In this document: positions 10,261 through 23,841 of the stretch, in pieces | How positions within the stretch are numbered: the stretch's first letter is position 1 | Layout of the letters: the number at the start of each line of letters is the position of its first letter | Assembly (NCBI GenBank): GCA_951406725.2 | Contig: OX597832.1 | Span: 24,304,001-24,368,000 of the forward strand | DNA from: Octopus vulgaris | Taxonomy: Eukaryota | Direction of reading: 5' to 3' | Length of the DNA stretch: 64,000 nucleotides | Notes under the pieces: model-generated | Database searches by the model: none | What the model was told of the DNA's origin: nothing | The model's input: the letters and a program-made list of their open reading frames with translations, nothing else | Position numbers and translations under genes: made by a program

Positions 10261-12038
10261 GTAAGTCCGAGTTACCTTATGTTTTCATACACTCTTTTAC
10301 TGTATATGTGTGTGTGTGAGTTCATGCCTGCGTGTGTGTTTGTTTGTGTGTGTGTGTGTGTTTAATTGAAAGGGATGAAAGAGAGCACTTTCCTCTTTGG
10401 ACAAGCCCTCATCAGCTTTTCCGGGTTTCACTTGAAAAGGAAAGTGAGGGCAGAGAGGGAAGTACTATCTTTCAGCAAATTTGTTGAAAGGTGGGTCAGA
10501 GTTGCAAGCATGGTCCGAGTGGATGGGCCTACTCTGAGCCTGTGCCTGTAGACTGAAAAAGGAGGACAAAGAGAGGACACTTGCCCTAGTGGTCAGGGTA
10601 ACCTTGGTTTTGTGGGGTTTCCAGAAATGGCCCTTGCAAGTCTCCTGCTTTTGGGGAATTATTCATTGTTGAAGTTTGATAGCATTGTCCTCCTTGTAAT
10701 CCCAGATTATATTGTCTTGCACCACCTCCAGTGATTTTATGGACCCTTAGTGGTTAATAAAGAAAACATCATCATCGTTATTATTGGTGAGCTGCTGGGA
10801 ATGTTGGCACCCCAGACAAAATCCTTAGTGACATTTCTTTCAGCTTTACATTCATCCTCATCATTTAACGTACATTGTCCATGCTGGCATGGGTTGGACG
10901 GTTTGACCAGGGCTGGCAAGCTTGGAAGGCTGCACCAGACTCTAGTCTGATTTGGCATGGTATCTATGGCTGGCTGCATGCCCTTCCTTGTGCCAACCAT
11001 TCCAAGAGTGTAATAGATGCTCTTATGTGCCACCAGTACAGGTGCCAGTTGTGTGTCACCAGTATCTGCCATGGCTATGATTTCATTTTATTTGATGGGT
11101 CTTCTTCGCAAACACATCATATTGCCAAAGGTTTCGGTCATTTGTCACTGCCCCCATAAGGACCAATGCACGAAAGGTGCTTTTTATGTGCCACCAGCAC
11201 AGGTGCTAGTTATGTGACACTGGCATTGGCAAACTTGCCTCCATGAGGCCCAGTGCTTGAAAGGTGCTTCTTATATGCCACCACCATGGGTGCAAGTTCT
11301 GTGAGAAGACGTTGCTGTTGCCTTGGCAGAGGTTTGCACCCCCTGAGTGCTCTTGTTGTTGTTATTAATATTACTATTGAGTGAGAGAACAGTGCATGCC
11401 ATCAAAGTAACACTGGGGTACAATATACGAAGCCCAGTATACCCGTCATGGCTACCCGTCTGATAAGGGTACCCTAGGCACATGCATCACAACCATATGT
11501 GAGTGACATGGTGATCTCAAATCAAGATAAACAGCACATGACCTTGCAGATGGGGCCCAGTTGGAATTTTTTTCAGGTCGAGTAACCCATCCCGCTCAAA
11601 AGGTCCCTGAATAAGGGTTGTTTAAGGATGTTGAACGAAACACCCTTGTTTCCAGAAGTGAATTACTCAAACCCCAAAGAATCCCTCTCAACACACGGCT
11701 ATAATGCTCCCCCACTACTTCTGCTCGTGATCAGAGATGCACATATCGTCAGCCACTAAGGGAGATGCTCAACTGGTTAAGGTCAAACAACTGACAAGCA
11801 AATCTGTGGTATTGAGCAGAATATTTGCTGTAGCCCATCTTTTATACCAAGACAAAACATGTACACGTTAACACTTCTAATCAGTTAAGATCAGAAGCCA
11901 TGAGAGCCACTGCCTGGGACTGCATCAGGGCATTATTATTATTACTATTATTACATTTTAGTCTTTTACATTTTATATTCTTTTATTTTTTTCCTTTGTT
12001 TCATCCCTCTCCCTGCTTAAATTTTTTTCTTCCACAAG

Positions 12039-12150
12039 GAATTGAACAACCTTCGTGACTGGGACTGTTCAGCCCCTCATACTTCTCACTGTCTGGGAAG
12101 CGGAATGGTAATGATCAGTTGTATGGGTGATGCAGTCGGCAACCACAAAG
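12039..12150 (+). CDS. SELENBP1: SELENBP1 exon 4
   Basis: aag|..|gtaagt; ELNNLRDWDCSAPHTSHCLGSGMVMISCMGDAVGNHKG. Confidence 0.92.
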
Positions 12151-12402
12151 GTAAGTTCCATATTTTCCATTGTGTTCAATGGAAGAATGTCAAAGAGGAA
12201 ACTTGAATTGGATTAAAAGAATTAAAAAAAAAACCCCAGTAGAGCGCAGGAGTGGCTGTGTGGTAAGTAGCTTGCTTACCAACCACATGCTCCCGGGTTC
12301 AGTCCCACTGCGTGGCATCTTGGGCAAGTGTCTTCTGCTATAGCCCCAGGCCAACCAATGCCTTGTGAGTGGATTTGGTGGACGGAAACTGAAAGAAGCT
12401 TG

Positions 12403-12458
<56 letters not shown>

Positions 12459-13452
12459 ATATATGTTGTGTGTCTGTGTTTGTCCCCCTAGCATTGCTTG
12501 ACAACCGATGCTGGTGTGTTTACGTCCCTGTCACTTAGCGGTTCGGCAAACGAGACCGATAGAATAAGTACTGGGCTTACAAAGAATAAGTCCCGGGGTC
12601 GATTTGCTCGACTAAAGGCAGTGCTCCAGCATGGCCGCAGTCAAATGACTGAAACGAGTAAAAGAATAAGAGAGAGAGAGCAGTGGAAAAAATTCTTGTC
12701 CTGTTCATTTAGGTTCTTTAGATTCTGTGTTCAAATCCCACTGAAGTCAGCTTTACTTTTCATCCTTCCAGGGTTGATAGAGTAAAATACTAGTCAATAA
12801 TTCATCATCATCATCATCATTTAACATCTGTATTCCATACTAGCATGGGTGGGGCGGTACCACAAGAGCCGGCCTGGCCAAAGTCTGCACCAGACTTCTA
12901 TGATTGTGTTGGTAGGGTTTTTACTGCTGGATGTCCATCTTTCTGTCCCCGGTCAGGGAACTTTGTACTTCCTCTACAGCAAGACACCTGTATCTATCTC
13001 ACTATAACCTTTTCATCATCACCCTCTCCAATGCCTCCTCCCCTCTAAAAGTTTTCGTCTTGCAAGTACTTGGTGACCCTGTCAGTGCAGGTGCCACTTA
13101 AAAGCATCCAGTCCACACTGTGAAGTAGCTGGTGTTTGGAAGGGCATCCAGCTGTAAAAATCTTGCCAAAACTAACCTCACCTGTGCTGGTGCCATGTAA
13201 AAAGCACTGAGTCCACTCTGCTGAGTTGTTGATATCCTAATCCATTAAAAAACAAAGCGAAAACCACCTTGTTATATCAGAATGGGTATGGCTGTGTGGT
13301 TAAGAAGGTTGCTTCCCAACCAAATGGTGATCGGTTCACTCCTAGTTTACAGCACCTTAGCTAAGTTGAGCTGACCAGTTCCTTGTGAGTGGATTTCGTA
13401 GACAGAAATTGAAAAGAAATCCAACATATTTGTGTGTGTGTATGCTTGTATG

Positions 13453-13487
<35 letters not shown>

Positions 13488-14627
13488 CAATAATATTTTT
13501 TGCTAGTCTATTTTGTCCCTCTGTCTTATCTCATGGTACGATATGAACATTTAACGTGGTTTTTAAAGTCAGGGTTTTGACTGCTATCTCGGCATGGTGG
13601 TGTCTCTCAGACACCCTGATTTTTAGTATATATATATATATTACAAATAAGAAAATGGAGAAACACATTAGTTGGTTTATCAGCTTTAGGATATTAGAAT
13701 GTTGTCTTATTTACTTAACAAAACTATGTGTGCATGGGTGTGCAAGTGTGTGTGTGTGCATGATTGTTGTATCTTTGTTTTGACATCATGCAATGGTTGT
13801 AAATAAAAAAAAAAAGCTTCCAGCCCACTCTTTAAAATGGCTGCTGTTAAAAAAGGCTTCCAACACTAAAAGAATAAAGACCCCCTCACTTCGGTCATGA
13901 ATGACCATGGGATTACACCTAGAAAGTACTCTTCCGAGGCACAAGTCTGGGCAAAGTTGTTTTATGGAAGACCAGCAGTCGGCCATGCATACTAGCCTCT
14001 TCTCTCCACACCACCGATGTTATCCTTCTACTGTTTCCATTACTTCCTTTACCTTGCCTTACTCTACCTCCTCCTCTTGCTACTCCTGTTCTAACTTCTG
14101 TTGCACTTCTTGTTTCTGAGGACACCTCACTTGCATGTGACCCAATACTCCACAGTGCTAGCAAATGGGATTAGATTGTGTTGCCGGGGGAGGTCAAACT
14201 AAGAGTGGTAGTGGAGGGAAGACCTCCCGTCTGCTAGGAAAAGCAAAGGGACCCTGATACAGCTTGGCCCCAGGGACATCATTGCAACTCATTTTTACAG
14301 CTGAGTGAACTGGAACAATGTGAAATAAAGTGTCTTGCTCAAGAACACAACGCATCGCCTGGTGTGGGAATTGAACTCACAACCTCATGATTGTGAGCCC
14401 GATGCTTCAACCATAGAGACCATGCTAATGCATGTAGGGAAGCCTAGTGCATTCCACAGACCTTTCAGGGCCTACCAAACCATCCAACTCATGCCAACAT
14501 GGAACGGAGACACTAAATGAAGAAGATGATGATGAAGAGGAGGAGGAGGAAGAGCAGGAAGGTGATGATGATGATGGTGAATATTCTATCATGTTTCTTC
14601 CTTTTTCTCTTTTCTTTTTCTTTCCAG

Positions 14628-14798
14628 GATCTTTCATTCTTTTAGATGAGGATTTCAATATTGTGAGAAGATGGGAAAACCAGAAATGTGAATTTGGCTA
14701 CGATTTTTGGTACCAGCCATTCCACAATGTCATGATCAGCACAGAGTGGGGGTCACCAAAATGTTGGCGCAAGAACTTTGATATTGCAGATGTGGAAA
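14628..14798 (+). CDS. SELENBP1: SELENBP1 exon 5
   Basis: cag|..|gtaagt; SFILLDE...FGYDFWYQPFHNVMISTEWGSP. Confidence 0.95.
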
Positions 14799-15090
14799 GT
14801 AAGTCATATTGTGTGTCATGGTAACGATCTATTTGTTGGGGATGTGGGGGGGGCATTATAAATTGGGAAATGGCTCTTATAATTCTTCAGAAAGCAGTAG
14901 ATTGTCAGGAGCATTAGAATATTGGATAGAATACTTCATGGAGTACCATCAATGTGTATGTTGTATAAGCAGGAGAAGTCCTGACTCTACGGATGGACAT
15001 GTGGTTTTTATCCTCATTTCTGATACTCTTAAAGTACTGTTGATGGTCTGAAAGGTAGAGTACTGGTCACAGTACTCTCTCTCTCTCTCT

Positions 15091-15127
<37 letters not shown>

Positions 15128-16301
15128 CGTGATCATCGTGACTGACCAGGCTATCAGATGTTGCTGCACACTGCTGGTCACAATGCGCTTCGCATTGTTT
15201 TAGCCTTCAGATGACGCCACCGCGCTGGCTAAGCGAGCAGGCCAACAGAAGAAAGAGTGAGAGAAAGTTGTAGTGAAAGAGTACAGCAGGGATCGCCACC
15301 AGCCCCTGCTGGAGTCTCGTGGAGCTTTAGGTGTTTTCGCTCAATAATCACTCACAACGCCCGGTCTGGGAATCATAACTGCAATCCTACGACCGCGAGT
15401 CCACTGACCTAACCACTGGGCCATTGCGTCCCCCCCTATATATATATAATACTGGTGAAGGCCTGTTTATAGGGTTAGTCTGGGTTTCTCACCATAAAGA
15501 GTATCTTTATGGCCTGTCTAAGACTTGTTTGTCTGTGGCCTCTTTAAAGTATGGAGGGGGAAACAAACCGGATATAAACAGTGGGTGTTATCTCCCTCTT
15601 CTGGTGGTCATCAGCTTCTGGCTATGTTGTCCTTCTTCAGCTACGTCACCATGCTCACCTCTTCAGGTTCATAGTCTTGCAAGCTTCATGGCAACCCCAT
15701 TGGTGTTGGTGGCAAGAAAAAGTGCACCCAGTAACATGCTGTAAAGTAGTTGGTGTTAGGAAGGGCATCCAGTTATAGAAACCTTATCGAAGCGGAGACC
15801 GGAGTATGAGGTGGTCCTTGGGTCTATTGGATCCTGTCAAACCATACAACCAATGTCAGCATGGAATAGTGATATTAAATGACGATGATGGCAGACATTC
15901 TGAGTTCAAATCACATTCAGGTCAACTTTGCCTTTCATCCATTCTGGGGCAATAATAAAAAAGGAACCAATTCAGAGCAGTGGCTTTTTGGAACTCTTAG
16001 AGGGTCAGACGAGATACCTTGTGGTATTTGTACCAGATCTTAGTGTTCTGAGATCAGTGCTTACAATAACATTTTTGGAACTCTTAGCGGGTCAGATGAG
16101 ATACCTTGTGGTATTTGTACCAGATCTTTGTGTTCTGAGATCAATGCTTGCACTAATATTGAGGTCAAGTTGTGTTAGCTCTAAAAGTGGTGACCTTTCT
16201 CGTGGACAACTTCCTTGAAAATACAACCTTCAGATGTAGAGGCATGTTCACCTGATCCCCAATCAGCCAAATGACCTCCTCTTTTAATTATTTAATTCCA
16301 G

Positions 16302-16483
16302 AGGAATATGGCAGAAGTTTAAATGTCTACAACTGGACAACTCGTGACCTCGAACAGGTCATCGATTTAGGACAAGATGGTCTGATCCCGCTGGAAATTC
16401 GTTTCCGTCATGATCCAGAATCACCCGAAGGATTTGTCGGATGTTGTTTGGGTTCATCCGTTTACAGGATCTTCAAAGCACAG
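16302..16483 (+). CDS. SELENBP1: SELENBP1 exon 6
   Basis: cag|..|gtaact; EYGRSLNVYNW...IPLEIRFRHDPESPEGFVGC. Confidence 0.95.
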
Positions 16484-16554
16484 GTAACTCGCTTCATTTT
16501 GTGTGCATTATCTAATGTGCCAGGTGTGGCATATGCATTTACGTATTATATAAA

Positions 16555-16950
16555 TACTAGCAGTATCACCTGGCATTGCTTCGGTTTGTTTCAACCCTTT
16601 AGAATTGGAATTTTTGAAAAGTAAAACTTTTGCATTATGTAGCTTGTTATATTCTCTTTAAGTGAACATTTTTCTGGTTGAAATACACCGAAAAATGGCG
16701 ACACAGCAGTCAAAAAAATTGTAAAAAATGGGGATTTTCATAGAAAAAAAGCACCTTTTTGATGTAAATAATTTTTGGTGTTAACATGGTTCGATTTGAA
16801 TTTTATCTTCTACGGAAGAAAGAGCAAGCCTTCTATCATACTCTCAATTTTAGTCAATTTGCGCTGCAGGGTCTCGGAAGAGATAGTGTTAGTTGAAGGC
16901 TACCAAACCTGCCATACACAGACAACTTCAGCTTTATATAGAGAGAGATA
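16555..16950 (+). mobile_element. Non-autonomous Helentron/DINE-1-like element; related architecture at 50452-50830
   Basis: Begins tactagcag..cc(c/t)ggc and ends cacagaca..ctttatata. The second element has a terminal hairpin. Confidence 0.55.
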
Positions 16951-17065
16951 ATAAATCATGCAGTTCACTTGAGAAAAGATTTAAAGACTGTGGTGAAAGT
17001 AAAGACTGGCTGTTTTGAATTGTAAATATATGTAAAATATTGTCTATAAACATAACAACCAACCT

Positions 17066-17534
17066 TTAACCCTTTCGTTACTGTATTTCTGTTGAGATGC
17101 TCTGTGTTTCTTTCAATTACTTTAAATATAACAAAGAATTTAGTAAAATAACCTAATTATCATTAAGCTAGTGTTAGGAACATAAATTGTGACTAAGGTT
17201 TGGTGGAAGATTTTAATTCAAAACTTTTGAAAACAAAACATTTGTACTACAGAGCCAGAGTCGGTTTCAGTTGGGTTGGTAACGATAGGGTTAAAAATAT
17301 GGTGACTTTAACTCTTTCGTTATATATTTCTGTTGAGATGCTCTGTGTTTCTTTCAATTACTTTAAATATAACAAAGAATTTAGTAAAATAACTTAGTTA
17401 TCAATCAGCTAGTGTTAGGAACATAAATTGTGACTAAGGTTTGGTGGAATATTTTACAACAAAATTTACGAAAACAAGACATTTGTACTGAGAGCCAGAG
17501 CTGGCTTCAGCTGGGTTGGTATCAAAACGGTTAA
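17066..17534. mobile_element. Two tandem piggyBac-like MITEs (~220 bp); further copies 19227-19578 and 33460-33663
   Basis: TTAA|ccctttcgttac ... gtaacgataggg|TTAA (17070-17290); second copy 17312-17530. Confidence 0.8.
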
Positions 17535-17948
17535 TTATAACAAAGAATTTAGTAGAATAACTTAGTTACAATTCAAAAGCCTGGTGCAGCTCCCTGGCCT
17601 GCCAGTTCCTGTCAAACCATCCAACCCATGCTGGCATGGAAAATGGATGTTAAATGATGATAATGATGTATGTGTGTTTCTTTCTGTCTGTGTTTGTTCC
17701 CAACTACTGCTTGACAACCAGTGTTGGTGTGTTTACATCCCTGTAATGTAGCAGTTTGGCAAAATAGGCCAAAAGAATAAGTACTAAGCTTTAAAAAGGT
17801 CCTAGGGCCGATTCATTCAACCAGAATTCTTCAAGGTCTTGCCCCAGCATGACCGCAATCTAATATCTGAAACAAGTAAAAGATACAAATATGTGTTTGT
17901 GTGTGTGTCAGTGTGTATATGATATTTTGTTTTTTTTTATATGAACAG

Positions 17949-18024
17949 AATAAGTGGGCAGCGGAAAAAGTCATACAGGTTCCTCCTAAGACCGTCGAGA
18001 ACTGGATTTTGCCAAATATGCCAG
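17949..18024 (+). CDS. SELENBP1: SELENBP1 exon 7
   Basis: cag|..|gtaatt; NKWAAEKVIQVPPKTVENWILPNMPG. Confidence 0.94.
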
Positions 18025-19070
18025 GTAATTTTATTTTTTGTTCTTGTACATAGAATTCCTTCAAAATCTATTGCAGTCTGGATCCCCGACTTGCTCTAAG
18101 AAATATACTTTACAAGCAAAACTATGGACCGTGACTGGAAGAAACCCTTGGAAAGCAGGAAAGCTTGATGGTTTAACGATGCATGAAGACATCATTTGTG
18201 TTTGGGATGATGTTAAAAGCTGTCCATTTTGTAGGAATTCCCTACAAACTGAATAGCTTTATGTGCTGTGTGGTGCTATGACCTTTTGTTTAAAAGAAAA
18301 TCTCCACATAGTCAGATTCTGGAAGGCAGAATGATGGTGATAGTGGTGAGGGAAGGAATTAAGTGTTTGTATATGTGGTTATATTGTGTGGGGACATGCA
18401 TGCCAAGTAACTGACCCAACATTTCCTCTGTGTCGTAAGAGCCGATCAAAAAATGGTTGAAGTAGGCGTGTACTCTGCCCAAGTAAAACCCTCAACAGCA
18501 ATGACTGTCCAAGAGAGGTCGGAATATTCTCACTTGAGTGGTGCAAAGATGTCATCTGCCAGAAATAGCGAATCACAGACAAATAATGGTGGATTTGATG
18601 TTTGTTTGTTCCTTCTCGAGCCATGCCTGGCTCATAAGGGCCGGTTTCCCAGTTTCCTTGGTGTATAGGTTCCCCACCTGGACGGGACGCCGGTCCGTCG
18701 CAGGTGAGCTGCAAGATGCAGGAGGAAAGAGTGAGAGAAAGTTGTGGCGAAAGAGTCAGCAGAAGTTCGCCATTACCTTCTGCCGGAGTCGCATGGCGCT
18801 TAGGTGTTTTGCTCATAAACACACACATCGCCCGGTCTGAGATTCAAACCCGTGATCCCTCTACCGCGAGTCCGCTGCTCTAACCACTAGGCCATGTGCC
18901 TCCACAAATAATGGTGGATGTCGTGACTATACCACCATATCTGGCTTGACCTGATCTGAACAATATGTGGTTGGGGGAAAGAACAGCCTGACCATACCTA
19001 CGTAATATCTTCATGTTTTTTCTCTTCAGATATTTCTCTAAACATTCTCTTTTTTCTTTCCAACTCCAAG

Positions 19071-19192
19071 GTCTCATAACTGATATTATCGTGTCTTTGG
19101 ACGACCGATTCCTGTATTTTAGTAACTGGCTGCATGGTGATGTCAGGCAATATGACATCACCAATGGCAAGAAACCAATTTTGGTTGGCCAG
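19071..19192 (+). CDS. SELENBP1: SELENBP1 exon 8
   Basis: aag|..|gtgagt; [29 protein letters not shown]. Confidence 0.95.
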
Positions 19193-20688
19193 GTGAGTAT
19201 TTTTATTGTTTCAGATTTTTCTCTCTTTAACCCTTTTGATACCAACCCACCTGAAAACAGCTCCTAGTATGAATGTCTTGTTTTCATAAGTTTTGAATGA
19301 AAATCTTCCACCAAACCTTAATCACAATTTATGTTCCTAACACTAGCTTAACTCTTTTGTTACCATATTGCTGTTAAGATGCTCTGAGTTTCTTTCAAAT
19401 AATTTTAAGTATAACAAAGAATTTAGTAAAATAACTTAGTTATCATTAAGTTAGTGTCAGCAACATAAATTGTGACTAAGGTTTGGTGGAAGATTTTAAT
19501 GAAAAACCTATGAAAAACAAGACATTTGTACTACGGAGCCAGAGGTGCTTTCAGCCAGGTTGGTATCAAAAGGGTTAAAGACATGTAACTATTTTGCTTT
19601 AAGTTTCAAGAGAAAATTAATTCTGATGTTTGTCATCAGCAAAATTAAATCAGTGGAGAGAATTGGACAAAAATTTGATGCTAGGAAGGATTTTAAGATC
19701 ATCATCATCACCGTTTAATGTCTATCTTCCATGCATGCATGGGTAGAATGGTTTCAGCTGTCTATTCAAGCACAGCAACCTGCCAGTAGTCTCAATTCCT
19801 TGTCATCCCTTCTGTGAGTCCCAATGACACACACTAACCTTTCATCCTATGACACAAGTTCCCTTCCTCCAATACCCTTCCCCCTCTCATAATTCCTTGT
19901 CTTGCGAGTTACTTGGTTACCCTGCCAGTGCTGGTGCCATGTAAAAAACATCCAGTCCACACTGTAAAGTGGTTCGCATTTGAAAGGGCTTCCAGCTGTA
20001 AAAATCATGCCAAAACTAACCTCACCTGTGCTATTTCCATGTAAAAAGCACTGAGTCCACTCTGCAGAGTGGTTGGTGTTAGGAAGGGCATACAACCGTA
20101 AAAACGCTGCCAGAACAGACACCGTAGCCTAGGGTAGTTTTTCTACCTGGCTGGCCCCTGTCAACCATCCTACCCATGCATGCATGGAATGCAGACGTTA
20201 AATGATGATGATGATATATGTTTGCCAGGCGGCGAGCTGGCAGAAACGTTAGCTTGCCAGGAGAAATGCTTAGCAGTATTTCGTCTGCCGCTACGTTCTG
20301 AGTTCAAATTCCGCTGAGGTCGACTTTGCCTTTCATCCTTTCGGGGTCAATTAAATAAGTACCAGTTACACACTGGGGTCGATATAATCGACTTAATCCG
20401 TTTGTCTGTCCTTGTTTGTCCTCTCTATGTTTAGCCCCTTGTGGGTAGTAAAGAAATAGGTATTTCGTCTGCCGTTACGTTCTGAGTTCAAATTCCACCA
20501 AGGTCGACTTTGCCTTTAATCCTTTCGGGGTCGATTAAATAAGTACCAGTTACACACTGGGGTCGATATAATCGACTTAATCCGTTTGTCTGTCCTTGTT
20601 TGTCCTCTCTATGTTTAGCCCCTTGTGGGTAGTAAAGAAATAGATATATGTTTGCCATTTAATATATTCTGTTGTATCAAATTTTCAG

Positions 20689-20754
20689 CTGTTTCTTGGA
20701 GGCTCCATTCTGTCTGATAGTAAAGTGAAGGTTATCAAAGATGAAGAACTTAAA
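20689..20754 (+). CDS. SELENBP1: SELENBP1 exon 9
   Basis: cag|..|gtaagt; LFLGGSILSDSKVKVIKDEELK. Confidence 0.93.
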
Positions 20755-21050
20755 GTAAGTAAAACATATTTTGTTGTTTGTGTGCATGAGTGCGTCTGTA
20801 GGTGCATGCAAGCATGGGTATGTCTGTGTGTCTATCTGCCTCTGTGTATGTGTGCGTGTGTGTGTAGCTCCATGTATGTTGTTGTAGTTGTCTTTCTTCC
20901 TATTTGTGTGTGTGGTACAAGCTTGGTTATGTGGTTAAAAAGTTTGCTTTGCAATAATAAGGTCCCTGTTTCAATCCCAATGCATGGAGCCTTGGGAGCG
21001 TATTTTCTATGCTAGCCTGAAGTCGCCTTGGGTCTTTTTAGTAATGAGGC

Positions 21051-21420
21051 CTGAATCTCCAGCCCCTCCCTTCGGTGCTTCTACAACGGCACTTAAAGTT
21101 GTTCAGTCATGCAGCCTGGCGTCCAGAGGGTGAGCTGATTCACGATGTCCTCCTCCCACCCCCACTTCCCAACTGGTGCAAATGCACGGGCGGGCAGCTG
21201 AAGACTGGGGCAACGACGATAAAGGAGAACCTCTCCGAACTCTCAGGTCCGCAGGTGGTCGGAATGCGCAGATGGAACTGCAAATGGCTCGCTATCTCCA
21301 GTGACCTCGCACAGGACCGTCGAGCGTGGGCCGCCATGGTTCGTGATGCTGTTAGGACCAGAGAAGAAGCCGGCTCAACCCACCCTGGGTGGATGCCGTC
21401 ACAAGGACAAGTAAGTAAGT
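21051..21420 (+). mobile_element. 5'-truncated RTE-like LINE 3' end
   Basis: Decayed C-terminal motifs (RHLKLFSH, GGQLKT, AQDRRAW), a (gtaa)n tail, and direct repeat agtaatgaggc at 21040 and 21418. Confidence 0.7.
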
Positions 21421-21980
21421 AATGAGGCGGTGGAAGCAGAAAGATGGACTGTACCACTTAAATTCAAAAAGTCAGCCTTATTACACAATGTGTCTCACAA
21501 ATTATACCTGACTGAGGATTGTGAGAAGAGCACAAGTGTTTGTGGAACACTGCCACTAATTTAGTAAGTTAATGGGTAAAATCCATGTCCATGACCCCCC
21601 CCCCCTCCGCCCACAACTCTCCACTGCTGTCCCCCACACTCCTTCCATTGTCCCTCATGTATCTGCCTACCTGCACATAGTATGTTCCTTTTAAATCCAG
21701 TCCCTTCTTGCTTACTCTAGCTCCCACTTCCCTTTCAAAATCTTGTGACCTTACCCAACTACCTACCCTCTCCAATCTCTGGTACACTCCACTCTGTGTC
21801 CCACTCTGGAACTTTGTGGCAGAAGTAGGAAGAATGAGTGAGAGAAAGTTGTGGTGAAAGAGTACAGGTGGGTTCAACCCACTCCACCCCCACCAGAGCA
21901 GCTGCGGCGATGACGACGATTTCAATTATATTTTTCCCTCTTTGATTTATGTTTGTCCTTTCTATTCCCATCCTTGCCAG

Positions 21981-22126
21981 ATGCAACCAGATCCTTTGTA
22001 CATCAACAACAAGAGAGTATATGGTTCTCCACAGATGTTGCAGTTGAGTCTTGATGGTAAACGACTCTACGTGACATTTTCCCTCTATAGTGGTTGGGAC
22101 CAACAGTTTTATCCGGAAATGACAAA
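21981..22126 (+). CDS. SELENBP1: SELENBP1 exon 10
   Basis: cag|..|gtaagt; [31 protein letters not shown]. Confidence 0.95.
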
Positions 22127-22243
22127 GTAAGTTCATTTATTGTTATTATAATTAACACCGTTATTATCACTAGTTAAAAATGTAATAAATTTGCAAATAA
22201 ATTCTCCTTCTCCTCCTCCCTTCTTAAATGATAAGGAGGATTT

Positions 22244-22288
<45 letters not shown>

Positions 22289-22931
22289 TACAACGGGCTT
22301 TTTTTCAGTTTCCGTCTACCAAATCCACTCACAAGGCTTTGGTTGGCGTGAGGCTATAGTAGAAGACACTTGCCTGAGGTGCCACGCAAGTGGGACTGAA
22401 CCTGGAACCATGTGGTGTGTAAGCAAGCTACTTACCACGCAGCCACTCCTGCGCCTTTTATTTATAAAAAAGGTGGGGAGAAAGAGAAAAAGATAGAGAA
22501 AGAAAAAAGTTTTTTTTTACAATTCTTGTTTTTTTCTCAACTTCAGTTATTGTGTATAAATTTTGTCACCAAGTTTGCTTTTTAGAGTTCAAAATGTTAC
22601 AAGTCAAAATTGTTTGGTCATTTTTATGGTAAAGGATCAAATTTTGATTGATTGCAATTTGGATGACATCTTTTGTTTTTCTTGGTGTTTTGGTCAAAAT
22701 ATTTTTCTTCTGGCATTCTGGTTGGTTGGCTTCCTGGTGATGTCATTTGTTTGTCCAAATGTTCTCATTCTTTGTTGACCACAGAAAAAGAATGAGTTCT
22801 TTATTGGTTGTAAGTTTACTAATGTCATTTATTTTGATCACATATTTTCATTTTGGCTAAGTTCAATGTTCTGGTTGGTTGATTTGGTAACCTGTTTTTA
22901 CCTGGCTCACCTGGATGTTCTCTCTCTGGTA

Positions 22932-23841
22932 TCATCATCATCATCATTTAACGTCCGCTTTCCATGCTAGCATGGGTTGGACGGTTCAACTGGGGTCTGG
23001 GGAGCCCGAAGGCTGCACCAGGCCAGTCAGATCTGGCAGTGTTTCTACAGCTGGATGCCCTTCCTAACGCCAACCATTCCGAGAGTGTAGTGGGTGATTT
23101 TATGTGCCACCGACACAGGTGCCAGACGAGGCTGGCGAACGGCCACGCTCGGATGGTGTTTTTATGTGCCACCGACACAGGTGCCAGACGAAGCTGGCGA
23201 ACGGCCACGCTCGGATGGTGTTTTTATGTGCCACCGACACAGGTGCCAGACGAGGCTGGCGAACGGCCACGCTCGGATGGTGTTTTTATGTGCCACCGAC
23301 ACAGGTGCCAGATGAGGCTGCAGACGACCACGCTCGGATGGTGTTTTTATGTGCCACCGACACAGGTGCCAGACGAAGCTGGCGAACGGCCACGCTCGGA
23401 TGGTGTTTTTATGTGCCACCGACACAGGTGCCAGATGAGGCTAGCAGACGACCACGCTCGGATGGTGTTTTTATGTGCCACCGACACAGGTGCCAGACGA
23501 AGCTGGCGAACGGCCACGCTCGGATGGTGTTTTTATGTGCCACCGACACAGGTGCCAGATGAGGCTAGCAGACGACCACGCTCGGATGGTGTTTTTATGT
23601 GCCACCGACACAGGTGCCAGACGAGCTGGCGAACGGCCACGCTCGGATGGTGTTTTTATGTGCCACCGACACAGGTGCCAGACGAAGCTGGCGAACGGCC
23701 ACGCTCGGATGGTGTTTTTATGTGCCACCGACACAGGTGCCAGACGAGGCTGGCGAACGGCCACGCTCGGATGGTGTTTTTATGTGCCACCGACACAGGT
23801 GCCAGACGAGGCTGGCGAACGGCCACGCTCGGATGGTGTTT
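22932..23841 (-). mobile_element. SINE-like family C with a (GAT)n tail and modular gtgccaccggcac units. Copies: 1-58, 24056-24388, 24910-25430, 27111-27705, 38383-38665, 42915-43383, 48085-48385, 48778-49125, 51455-52150, 53193-53445
   Basis: Shared ggaagggcatccagctgtagaaac...ccaacccatgctagcatggaaagcggacgttaaacgatgatgat. Confidence 0.82.
23098..23841. repeat. Minisatellite, 12 x 61-62 bp
   Basis: Unit tttttatgtgccaccgacacaggtgccagacgaggctggcgaacggccacgctcggatggtg. Confidence 0.95.

Noticed and set aside
23098-23841. CRISPR-like array
   Set aside because: No unique spacers, no cas genes, and it lies in a eukaryotic intron.
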